From: Amoeboradix gromovi X-113
Lineage: Eukaryota > Fungi > Sanchytriomycota
DNA length: 11,621 bases
Reading direction: 5' to 3'
Assembly: GCA_018985225.1 (NCBI GenBank)
Contig: JADGIF010000289.1
Span: forward strand, 1 to 11,621
Shown here: piece after piece, positions 1-8,924 of the stretch
Layout of the letters: every line of letters starts with the position of its first letter
Numbering within the stretch: the stretch's first letter is position 1
Notes under the pieces: generated by a model
Databases searched by the model: none
Seen by the model: the letters and a program-made list of their open reading frames with translations, nothing else
Told to the model about the DNA's origin: nothing
Program-made: the position numbers and the translations under genes

Positions 1-174
1 TGGAGATAGATAGAGACCATATGGCAGCAAGGAACATATACATCAAGTATATGCATCCTTATTTAATCCCGCCTCAGGTAGTGAAAGCGTGAGCGATCAC
101 TGTAACGGAGCATCTAGCATTAGCTTCTCTGGAAATTCTCGATTTTCTCGGAAATCAGGACTTTTAACGAGGAG
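1..174. repeat. Dispersed ~170-bp repeat, copy 1 (probably truncated by the window start)
   Basis: Aligns by eye with 410-589 and 4112-4276 (GCAGCRAGGAACATAYACATC...AGTGAAAGCGTRAGCRATCACTG...GACTTTTAA.SAGGAG). Carries 1-, 3- and 2-nt deletions relative to copy 2. Confidence 0.95.
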
Positions 175-409
175 TCCTCTACCCATCAAAATCCAATATC
201 ATACACGAGGTAAGTCAAGCAATACATTAAAAAATCACGAAGAGCAAGTTGCAAGAGTAGAACAGCTTGACTATTTTCTTGAATAAATCATTTATCGCGA
301 ATTTGTATATATTTTTGTATCATTTCAAGACTTTTCCAGATTTTTTTAATAGCATAAATACTAGATATTCTTCATTTTCATCAATGACGAATGGAAACAA
401 AGTGTAACT

Positions 410-589
410 TGAAGATAGATAGAGAGAATATTGCAGCGAGGAACATATACATCCAGTATCTGCATCCTTATTCAATCCCGCCTCAGGGTAGTGAAAGCGT
501 GAGCAATCACTGCAACGGAGCATCTAGCATTGCTAGTTTCTCTGCGGAAATTCTCGATTTTCTAGGGAACCAAGACTTTTAAAGAGGAG
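410..589. repeat. Dispersed ~170-bp repeat, copy 2
   Basis: Same orientation as copy 1, 409 bp downstream, and shares the GATAGATAGAGA leader with it. By hand count 110/126 nt identical to copy 3 over the ungapped core. Confidence 0.95.
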
Positions 590-631
590 CAAGTATTAAA
601 TGGAAAGTCACAAATTGTTTACTAGTGAACC

Positions 632-666
632 GTGTTCCACATTTTAAGCATTCAAATGTGGAACAC
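632..666. repeat. Perfect 13-bp inverted repeat (hairpin) upstream of CCR4
   Basis: GTGTTCCACATTT (632-644), 9-nt spacer, AAATGTGGAACAC (654-666). Confidence 0.9.
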
Positions 667-779
667 CTAAGTTTCTACACTCGAGACATGTGAAATCTAA
701 TTCATCTTAGACCTCGTATTTAATGTAGGCGTTTATTAATTACACAATATTTCCCTCCTTCTGAAACCTATCAGTCCAA

Positions 780-2293
780 ATGAATCTCACTCTCAATGCA
801 TTAGAGGAAAGCCCACGTCAAACGTCAAAAAAGATAATTAAAAACGAGCCTTTTACGGCAATAGACCTGTCCAACATGGGTTTAAAGGCACTGTCATTGA
901 ATTTATACAAATGGTACACTTTTTTGTCGGTCATTAACATAAGTAACAATCAATTGCGGATATTGTCACCTATGATCTCTGAGCTTACACAGCTGGTGTA
1001 TCTTGATTTATCAAGTAATCAGTTGCAGCGTCTTCCTCCAGAACTGGGTCTACTATCTCAATTGCAAACATTATACTTGCACGACAATCTGCTAACTAGT
1101 CTACCACATGAGCTAGGTATGCTGTACCAGCTGAACAAACTCACACTTGATAACAATCCGTTGGCTGATATCATTTTTCAAATAGAAAAACAATCTTGCT
1201 CACAACTTATTCATTACTTAAGAGACAATGCTCCTAAATCTGCAGCACCCGAAGCTAGAACTTGGGATCCCAGCCTTAAAGATCCTTGTAACTTTACGAT
1301 ACTTTCGTATAACATTTTAGCTCAAAAGTATGCTCGCCCTAAACTTTACGGCTACACGCCCAACTGGGCTTTGGATTGGATGTATAGGAGAGATAAGATT
1401 ATGTCTGAATTGTCGCTGTATAAGCCTGATATAATCTGTTTGCAGGAGGTCGAACATGGTGAGTTTGATTCTTATTTTTCTCCCAAGTTGGCAAACTTAT
1501 CAAGTGTATCATACAAAGGCGTGTTTTTTCAAAAGTCAAGAGCTAAGACCATGAGCGATGTGGATAAAAAATCTGTCGACGGCTGTGCTATATTTGCTAG
1601 AATGGACAAATTTGATATTCAAAGCCAGCACTTATTGGAGTTCAACGAATTAGCACTGAAACAGCACTACTTAGACAAGACAGACAGTTTGTTTACTAGA
1701 CTTATGCAAAGAGATAACATTGCAGTTGTTGCAATGTTGAGACATAGGCATACCCATATCCCATTATGGGTAGTTAACTGCCATATTCATTGGGACCCAA
1801 ATTTTAATGATGTGAAGATACTGCAAACTGCTATAATGTTGGAGGAAGTAGCTAAACTGGTAGGAAACCACCCCCTAATAATATGTGGTGATTTTAATTC
1901 TACTCCGGACTCGGCTGTTGTTACTTTGATGACAGAAAAGAAGCTTTCTGGAGAGCATCCTGAATTACTTGGAATTGATTACGGTGAATCATTGAAGACC
2001 CACGGACTGAAGAATAGATTGCAATCTCTTTCAAATGCTTATGAACATAATATACTGCCATTTACAAATTATACCCCCGGCTTTAAAGGTGTGATTGACT
2101 ATATATTTTATTCAGATAGACTATTACAAGTTTGTGAGACTTTAGGCGGAATTGGGAAAGAGTATTATTCAAAGTATGTTGGATTTCCAAACGCGCATTT
2201 ACCGTCAGAGTATTCAATATCTAATGTAGTCATATAAGCCTTATTGCCGAGTTTAAGATTAGCCAGACAACAATAAAGCAATTTCATTCTTAG
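780..2293 (+). CDS. CCR4: CCR4/CNOT6 poly(A) deadenylase (LRR + EEP nuclease); exons 780-2209 and 2230-2293, 497 aa
   Basis: N-terminal leucine-rich repeats (LDLSSNQLQRLPPELGLL). EEP motifs SYNILAQKYA, DIICLQEVE, HIHWDP, CGDFNS, FTNYTPGFKGVIDYIFYS. Removing the 20-nt intron restores the catalytic PSDH motif (PSDHISLIAEF) and ends at TAG 2291-2293. Confidence 0.96.
2210..2229 (+). other. 20-nt spliceosomal intron in CCR4 (phase 2)
   Basis: GTATTCAATATCTAATGTAG: GT..AG ends, CTAAT branch motif. Removal joins GA|T to give the Asp of the invariant SDH motif. Confidence 0.93.
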
Positions 2294-2329
2294 TTTATAA
2301 TCTTTTTTAATCCCGTGAAACTACTGCTT

Positions 2330-3723
2330 ATGCAAGAGGATTCAATGAATTTTAATAATGTTGTACATTATCTAGCTTCAGAATTTAAAAAATTTGAACG
2401 GGAGAGGCTCGAATGGCAAATTGAGAAAAATGCACTACTTGATAAGATAGCAGTAATGGAAGGAGAGAAAAGAGCTCTGCAGCATTTAAACAAGGATATG
2501 CATAATAAGCTAGTGCTATCTACGGGCAAAATCGAGAAACCCAACATTAATATAATAAAGAAAAAGGAAGAAACTAGGCAACTACTTTATAATTTTATGA
2601 GAGAGGCTAAGCAATTGGCAACTACTCCTTTTGAACAGCAAAATGAAAGATCTAATGAGACTTTGATAGAGTCATACCCTAAGTCATATTACAATATGGA
2701 GGAATTGGACGACTTGGCAACAATAAAGGTGGAAGATTTAAAGAAAGAAAAAAGGTCTTGGCGATCAAGCTTGAATTACAGGTCTCATTTTGATGTAGTT
2801 AGAAGCGTGCTGTTTATTGATCATTACCATTTCCTCTCTTTGGGTGACGATGGATGTGCCAAAGTGTGGAATTTGAAATCCGAGGATCCATTCAGATGCT
2901 TTAGAGCAGCGTCCCCACTTATTTCTGGTACTATAATGAGTACAGCTTTATATGGGTCAGAAAATGTGGCTATTTGTGGTGACTTAGTCGGCAGATTACA
3001 CATGTTTAAAATTGATACCAGTAGACCTGTAGAGGATTACCCAAATTACGATAAATCCTTCAGATTGTTTGAGAATAAGGAGCACACTGATTCAATATGG
3101 GATATAGCATCATTTGATAAACAGTCAAAGTTCGTTAGTGTTAGCAGTGATACTTCGGTTAGACTATGGGACTTAAAAGCGAGTGGAATATCTCATTTGC
3201 ACTCTATCACCAGTAGCTACATACTAATATAGTAGATGGTCAGATTCCTACCACTGTGTCTGCCTCTAACCATTTAAATGACACTCTGTACGTTGGGTTC
3301 AATTCCGGGCAACTGAGAGCCATAGAGTTAGCTACTGGTACTGCACTAGACACAATAAGTGCTAGCGCAGAACCTGGTATCCAAATCAATCAGATCAGAA
3401 CACACCCTACTGAGAATCTACTTGGGTGTGCCATGGATGATAAAACTCTTGTTTTAGTTGATCCTAGGCAAGAAAACACAGTCACCAGGATTAATGCACA
3501 CACAGATAGTGTTACAAGCGTTGCATTTCATAGCAATAGCTGCATAACTGGTAGCCATGATGGTAGTGTAAGAATATGGGATCTAACAACAAGGACTTGC
3601 GTTCAAGAGTTTACAGCTCACAGAAAGAAGTTTGATGAATCAGTCTGCAACTTGGACTGCATGGGTGACTCTCTGTTAAGCTGCGGAGCGGACGGACTAA
3701 TTAAATACTTCTCTCTACTGTGA
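2330..3723 (+). CDS. Striatin / Far8-like STRIPAK scaffold (N-terminal coiled coil + WD40); exons 2330-3212 and 3233-3723, 457 aa
   Basis: Striatin N-terminus VVHYLASEFKKFERERLEWQIEK...KIAVMEGE; WD start RSHFDVVR; C-terminal SGSHD-like TGSHDGSVRIW...VQEFTAHRKKFDESV. The two ORF-track ORFs join in frame through a 20-nt intron. Confidence 0.93.
3213..3232 (+). other. 20-nt spliceosomal intron in striatin (phase 1)
   Basis: GTAGCTACATACTAATATAG. Removal gives ...SITIDGQIPTTVS..., in frame with ORF 3256-3723. A second in-frame TAG acceptor follows at 3233-3235. Confidence 0.9.
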
Positions 3724-3744
3724 TTTACCTTATAGAAAAATAAA

Positions 3745-4026
3745 TTAAATATTTCTTTTATTTAGATACGCTTGTTCTAATTCTTTGTCATACATCATGG
3801 TTGGTATCCAAGTGTCTGGTACTCGCGGTCTTATTTCTAGTTTTCTGCCCCATTGAAATACGGAATAGCAAACAATTGTTGATAGACCAAGAATGAAAAC
3901 GAAATTAGTCTTCCAATGCTTGGTTTGAGTATACGCACCACCAGTGGGAGACCATATGTACTTGGGCAATAAGCTCTCTGGTGGAGGACGAGAACCATAT
4001 TTGGTGCTACTTCTCCAGAAATTCAT
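3745..4026 (-). CDS. Small single-TM mitochondrial complex I accessory subunit (fungal ~10 kDa 'PKHVWSPAGGW' family), 93 aa
   Basis: PKYIWSPTGGAYTQTKHWKTN, then a TM helix, then WIPTMMY, resembling the PK.VWSP.GGW...NW..NT...WIPS pattern. Start moved to ATG 4026 because the ORF-track extension runs into repeat copy 3. Confidence 0.75.
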   Translation of the reverse strand: MNFWRSSTKYGSRPPPESLLPKYIWSPTGGAYTQTKHWKTNFVFILGLSTIVCYSVFQWGRKLEIRPRVPDTWIPTMMYDKELEQAYLNKRNI

Positions 4027-4111
4027 TTCTAAACAAGGGTTAACATTATGGACATACTCTATGAAAAATTGACTGAAGTTTAGAAGAGACAAGAAAGAAA
4101 AAAAGGTGAGG

Positions 4112-4276
4112 GACCATATGGCAGCAAGGAACATACACATCAAGTATCTTCATCCTTATTCAATCCCACCTCAGGGTAGTGAAAGCGTAAGCAATCACTG
4201 TAACGGATTCACTAGTACTGCTAGTTTCTCTGTAGTAATTCTCGATTTCTCTGAAATCAGGACTTTTAACCAGGAG
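4112..4276. repeat. Dispersed ~170-bp repeat, copy 3
   Basis: Same orientation as copies 1 and 2. Preceded by a purine tract with A7 (4098-4104). Contains an open ATG-initiated frame 4118-4282 (54 aa). Confidence 0.95.
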
Positions 4277-5033
4277 ACATGAGAAAACCAAGAAAGATAG
4301 TTAAATTTGTTGAAAAAAGCTGTTCTAGAATTGTCTTTGCTCATAAATAAGACCAAATTATTCTAAACTTATATTCAGACACCAATAATCAACTCTTGGG
4401 CCTTGTTATTAGTAAATCAAAATAGCCTGATGTTAATTCTTCGCAGCTCCATTTGATACCAAGAAAGACCAGAACTTCTGCGACGGGAAAATGCACCCTC
4501 TCTATATCATTGCCACTAATTTCATTAGTCAGTTCCTAAATTAGAGACCCTCTGTGGAGATTTCGACCTGTATCAGCATGATATACTCTTAATAACACTC
4601 TCAATGATGACCAATATAGATTTTAGCCATTTCAAATACTTAAATACAGAGAATCTTAATAATTAGATCTTTAAGGCCTTCAAGACAGATGTGATCAGAA
4701 AAAGCTCCCACACACTTCCGACATCAACGAGCCAAGTTTGAAATAAAGCAAAAGATAAAGTACCTCAAACAGAAACTACTGTATGCACTTAGTGTTATGA
4801 CTCTTCTCTCGTTATTTTCAAGTTCACACTGAAATAAAAGGGGTTGGTAACAACTAGTTATCACTTGAGATACCTGTAATCAAACAACGGTCCTTTATTC
4901 TTGATTACTACCGCATTTTTGAAATATTTTGGAAGTTTCTTCAACTATTTGCAGTTAATGGCCAAGAATCACAAATATCCAAACAAAAGACCAGCGCAGC
5001 AAACAACTTTAAAAGTAATTTCTATTTATTGTG

Positions 5034-5906
5034 TTATTCAGAAATAATCTGAGTATAATCTTGATAAAAGAATCTACATTTTTGAAGTGTTAATTTCAAC
5101 TTCTTGTCACTGCAGTAATGTTCTGGCAACTTGCCATTAACATCCTTTAAAGAGGGATTAGCCCCACTTTGCAATAAACATAAAATCATTTCTTCATTGT
5201 TAAGCCAAGAAGCCAAATGAAGAGCACTGATTCCTTTTGATAAAATATCCTGCTCATATCTAGGAGACTCCTGGCTATTCGAGGAATAAATCCCTTGAAT
5301 ACAGCAAAGTGAAAGAGTTTGACGATTGACATTGCAACCCACGCTCAGCATTCTTATCACTAAGCCTGACAGGTTCTTTAGAACAGCTAAATGCAATGGC
5401 GTGACGCCATAAACATCGGGTAAATCCACTGTTTTCATATAAGAAAGCAACGCGAAAGCGCAGTTTGGCTGATCATTGATCAGTGCGACATGCAATGGTG
5501 AGTGATATGTATCGACTGTGCATAACAATGGATCAAGACCTTTGCTAACAAAGAGTTTTATCATTGGCAATCTGCCATATGCACATGCAACATGAAGGGC
5601 ATTAAGCCCATTCTTACATCGTACCAACACGCTGGCTTTCTTTTTTATAAGCCATTCTACTGAATCACTGGAAGTTGATGCAGCAGCTTTTATCAAAGCA
5701 CACTCGCCATCAGCACTTCGTTTATTCAGATGTTTTGGTGAAAAATATTGTTGCATTCCATCTAGCTTGCCATACAAGCAGCTGTTGACAAACTTGCTAA
5801 GTGGTGATTTCTGAGATATCAAGCACGGTTGAATTGAGTACTTTTTAACATGGGCAGACACATAGCCTGTCTCGAAAGGACTAATAGCTTCGAGGCTATC
5901 TAACAT
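5034..5906 (-). CDS. Ankyrin-repeat protein, 290 aa
   Basis: Repeated ankyrin motifs: GECALIKAA, GLNALHVAC, HSPLHVAL, GVTPLHLAV, GISALHLAS, GANPSLKDVNGKLP. Confidence 0.92.
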   Translation of the reverse strand: MLDSLEAISPFETGYVSAHVKKYSIQPCLISQKSPLSKFVNSCLYGKLDGMQQYFSPKHLNKRSADGECALIKAAASTSSDSVEWLIKKKASVLVRCKNGLNALHVACAYGRLPMIKLFVSKGLDPLLCTVDTYHSPLHVALINDQPNCAFALLSYMKTVDLPDVYGVTPLHLAVLKNLSGLVIRMLSVGCNVNRQTLSLCCIQGIYSSNSQESPRYEQDILSKGISALHLASWLNNEEMILCLLQSGANPSLKDVNGKLPEHYCSDKKLKLTLQKCRFFYQDYTQIISE

Positions 5907-6116
5907 GGAGAAGATTGAAATTTAGATTTTTAGACTTTGATTGGTTGAAAACGGCCACGAGTCAAATGATGTGATATTTTCATATCATCCACGAAAATCT
6001 CTGGGAATTGAATTTATATCCACTTGCCTTAATACTTGGCCAGCTAACTTTCTGTTTTAAAAATTCGACCATCACGGCCATGTCAAATCTAAAACGAGGA
6101 TTGCAACTTTTATAAA
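5907..6116. promoter_or_regulatory. Putative bidirectional promoter (ankyrin / EI24-like)
   Basis: 210 bp between divergent ATGs. CCAAT on the minus strand (ATTGG 5940-5944) about 35 nt from the ankyrin ATG, in a CCAATCA context as in the actin promoters. ACGGCCA occurs twice. Confidence 0.45.
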
Positions 6117-6806
6117 ATGATATATCGGCACATTTTAAAAGGATACTCTATTTGTTTGATAACATTTATTATACCAGTTTATCTGGCAAACTATCTCTTA
6201 TCCCTCGTTAATGAGAACATTTCAACAGGCTTGGCAATTTACTATTTGTTAAAATTTTCGAAATACATTTTCCTCTGCTTTTACAACGTGCTATCGGGAA
6301 TATTACTAATTCCCTATTACAGCAAATTAATATCGCTCGTGGAAGATCATTTTAATTTGCAAAAGTTAAGTGTTTCCATGGGCTTTGCTGTAAAAAACAT
6401 ATTTTACTCTCTTTACACATTTGTTATATTGTACAGCATATACATCGTACTCGTTTTGCTTAGCTTTCTTAGTAATAGTGTACTTCTGCATTTGCTGTTA
6501 TTTCTTTACTGGCAGCTCTACTACGGTATTGCTTGTTTATCTTCTATTTATCCTATGTCCAATGCCATCGATCTACTTCAGACCCATCCGTCTTTTTTAA
6601 TACTTGTTGCACCACTGAGTTATATGACTTGCACTGGCACTTTTGAAGAAGCTCTTTTGTATTACCAGTTGTTGGTGATTCCCATTTTAGTAATTATAAG
6701 ACTAATCCATGGATATATGCCCGTATACAGAGTAGATTGGCTGAACTGGCTCAAAGCACTAGTTTACATGGTAATACGGCAGAATCAAAAAACATATAAA
6801 GAATAA
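6117..6806 (+). CDS. Multi-pass membrane protein, possibly a divergent EI24 family member, 229 aa
   Basis: Long ORF with 5-6 hydrophobic segments. Topology and spacing resemble EI24 but no diagnostic motif is intact, so the family call is weak. Confidence 0.6.
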   Translation: MIYRHILKGYSICLITFIIPVYLANYLLSLVNENISTGLAIYYLLKFSKYIFLCFYNVLSGILLIPYYSKLISLVEDHFNLQKLSVSMGFAVKNIFYSLYTFVILYSIYIVLVLLSFLSNSVLLHLLLFLYWQLYYGIACLSSIYPMSNAIDLLQTHPSFLILVAPLSYMTCTGTFEEALLYYQLLVIPILVIIRLIHGYMPVYRVDWLNWLKALVYMVIRQNQKTYKE

Positions 6807-6807
6807 A

Positions 6808-7794
6808 TCATTTATTATTTTTCAACTCTTTGTATCTCGCCAGTCTTTTCTCTGCATATAGCTTGTAATCAAAGTCAAGTTCGGAGACGTCCGACTGGAT
6901 TACTGCCCACAATCCCCACATGTAGTGACTAGCTAGTATGCAAGAATTAACTTCATTATAAAACACATTTTTGTCGATACTCAGCTGAGATTCGGCCAAG
7001 TACACACAGATAAGATTCATTACCAGATCTCTTGGTGGAAACTTGGACCAGTTACATTCAAACCCACAAAGTTCGTTGAAAAAATTGGCCAGATCAAAGG
7101 CCCTGCAATTAGGAAAAGAGTATTCAAAATCGATAAAATGTACAACATAAAAATCATCGCTTGGCTGCAGGATGATGTTTCCAAGAAGCAAATCATTGTG
7201 AGAATTGGCGACATCCGATGGAAGAATTGAAAGTAGAAAATTTAATTCTCCAAGAAAGTCAAAAGAAAAAGTATCAGTTGAATGATCCAATTCCTTGTAC
7301 CATTTTTTCATAGTATTCTCAAATTGGTTTCCATCTTCAAAGGGTTCGATTGCATGAAATCTAGCCATTTTTTGTACTACGGCTTCTAAGACTGGAACGG
7401 GAAGATCAACTGGTGGGTATACTTCACGAGAGCTAGTCAGAACACTATCTTCTTGATCCGAATATGATATCAATGGAAATCCGCTTTTGTAGCCATAAAT
7501 CAAACCATTATTAAATGTGTAATAGATGGGTGGCGATTCGCCAAATTGGCAAAGGTAGCAGAGGTATTCTATTTCCTTCTTGCGATCAATCATAATTTCA
7601 GTTTTGTTTCCATACAATCTTACTAATAGTTCCTTTGGGTTCGCAACAGAGGTTGCTTTTATTAGTTTATTTGTAATACCAGAGGATAATTCAATGGTGT
7701 ATTTGTGATAAAACATCTTGGAAAGCAGCTCCTCTACTGAATCGCTATCGAGGGCAATATTCAAATGCTGAGGTAGTCCAATTTCTGGTTTCAT
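6808..7794 (-). CDS. Choline/ethanolamine kinase family protein (ethanolamine kinase-like), 328 aa
   Basis: SGITNKL, LVRLYGNKTEIMIDRKKE, Brenner motif SHNDLLLGNII, choline kinase motif FIDFEYS...RAFDLANFFNE, C-terminal SHYMWGLWAVIQ...FDY. Confidence 0.95.
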   Translation of the reverse strand: MKPEIGLPQHLNIALDSDSVEELLSKMFYHKYTIELSSGITNKLIKATSVANPKELLVRLYGNKTEIMIDRKKEIEYLCYLCQFGESPPIYYTFNNGLIYGYKSGFPLISYSDQEDSVLTSSREVYPPVDLPVPVLEAVVQKMARFHAIEPFEDGNQFENTMKKWYKELDHSTDTFSFDFLGELNFLLSILPSDVANSHNDLLLGNIILQPSDDFYVVHFIDFEYSFPNCRAFDLANFFNELCGFECNWSKFPPRDLVMNLICVYLAESQLSIDKNVFYNEVNSCILASHYMWGLWAVIQSDVSELDFDYKLYAEKRLARYKELKNNK

Positions 7795-7912
7795 AGTACT
7801 AAAAATTAAAAAATAGGAAACAGCACTATGCTGCTATGATGTTGATGGTCCGCTGAAATGAAGATATTAAGATTGTTGTTAATATTTGGTTCCACTCAAC
7901 TTTTTCAAAACA

Positions 7913-8854
7913 ATGAAAAACAGACGACAAAAATTAGAAAAAGCTCAAAGTTTTTTGTCATCAATCCCACTCAGTAAAAATGATACCAATTCAGTTAATT
8001 CTCCAAAAAGACAACTTGCTTATCCACTAAAGCAGACCCAAATTCCAAATACTCGGGCTACCTTTTATTCAGTGAGATCCATTCCATATGCCTTGAGTAG
8101 TATAATACCCGCCACTATATCATTATCGGTAGTTGAGGTGGAAAAGTCTAGTTTATTTTCCAAAAGAGGAGCCAGCAGTAGGCAAAATTCGTTGAAAAGA
8201 ACGACAAGTTTTCAGCAGCATTTACAACCCAGTGGTGCCTTTTTATCAAAATCTGAATTCAGTGATGCTATGCTCAAAGGTTTACTGCGCAAGTCTTCAT
8301 ATGACCCTACCTTTTTTGAAGAAATAACTCTAAAGAATAGTGCAAAAAAGACGATCTACGGATTAAACGGAATGCTGGGGTCTGTTATATCTTATACAAA
8401 ACCTGATGACTTGGTCAAAGAAATGAATAGAGTGTTCAAGCAGATGGCTGTTAGATCTGACATTGAGCTAAGTGTCGACCCCTCATTAACTCTTTCTCAA
8501 ATACGAAGCATAAAACGAAAGATAACAAGAATTGGCGCAGACCTTGATCTCGAAAAGGTTACTACTTCTTCAGCGCTAGTGTATTATGAAAAGCTATGCT
8601 TAAACGGCGTAATTAGCAAAGAGACTAGAAGACTCTATGGCGGCGTTTGTTTATTTCTAGCAGCGAAGGTTCACGAGATTAAAGGATTTGATTTCAAGAC
8701 CTTGGGTGAGTACATTCGTGATGTACTTGACATCGATTTTAAAGATATTCTGGAGAATGAATTTATAATTTTTGCACAACTTGAATTTGAGCTATATTTA
8801 CCAAGCAGTGAACTAGAATACCACATGTCAAAGCTAAATATGATTGCCGAGTAA
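7913..8854 (+). CDS. Cables-like (CDK5/ABL substrate) cyclin-box protein, 313 aa
   Basis: N-terminal KAQSFLSSIPL; C-terminal LTLSQIRSIKRKI...ALVYYEKL...SKETRRLYGGVCLFLAAK...EFIIFAQLEFELYLP matches the Cables cyclin domain. First ATG is 7913. Confidence 0.85.
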   Translation: MKNRRQKLEKAQSFLSSIPLSKNDTNSVNSPKRQLAYPLKQTQIPNTRATFYSVRSIPYALSSIIPATISLSVVEVEKSSLFSKRGASSRQNSLKRTTSFQQHLQPSGAFLSKSEFSDAMLKGLLRKSSYDPTFFEEITLKNSAKKTIYGLNGMLGSVISYTKPDDLVKEMNRVFKQMAVRSDIELSVDPSLTLSQIRSIKRKITRIGADLDLEKVTTSSALVYYEKLCLNGVISKETRRLYGGVCLFLAAKVHEIKGFDFKTLGEYIRDVLDIDFKDILENEFIIFAQLEFELYLPSSELEYHMSKLNMIAE

Positions 8855-8924
8855 GTAAATTCATGTTTTCATATTAAAGGTAATATGCTTTTCAAACGCG
8901 ACTTTTTGTTTTACCCACTTGAAA

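Noticed and set aside
281-295. 15-nt match GAATAAATCATTTAT with 6801-6815
   Set aside because: Very AT-rich and short, plausible by chance, with no flanking similarity.
89-523. ORFs 89-286 (+) and 320-523 (-) as genes
   Set aside because: They overlap repeat copies in frames not preserved between copies and have no recognisable domains.
1-589. Repeat as a CRISPR array, tRNA-derived SINE, snRNA, rRNA or known ribozyme
   Set aside because: Eukaryotic context, unit too long and irregularly spaced for CRISPR, and no cloverleaf, A/B boxes, snRNA signature or ribozyme core found.
4027-4143. Hydrophobic N-terminal extension of the complex I subunit ORF
   Set aside because: It derives from repeat copy 3 and its purine tract; family similarity starts only after Met at 4026.
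5990-5996. SCB-like CACGAAA here and MCB-like ACGCGT in the actin promoters as cell-cycle elements
   Set aside because: Single short motifs that cannot be told from chance without conservation or expression data.
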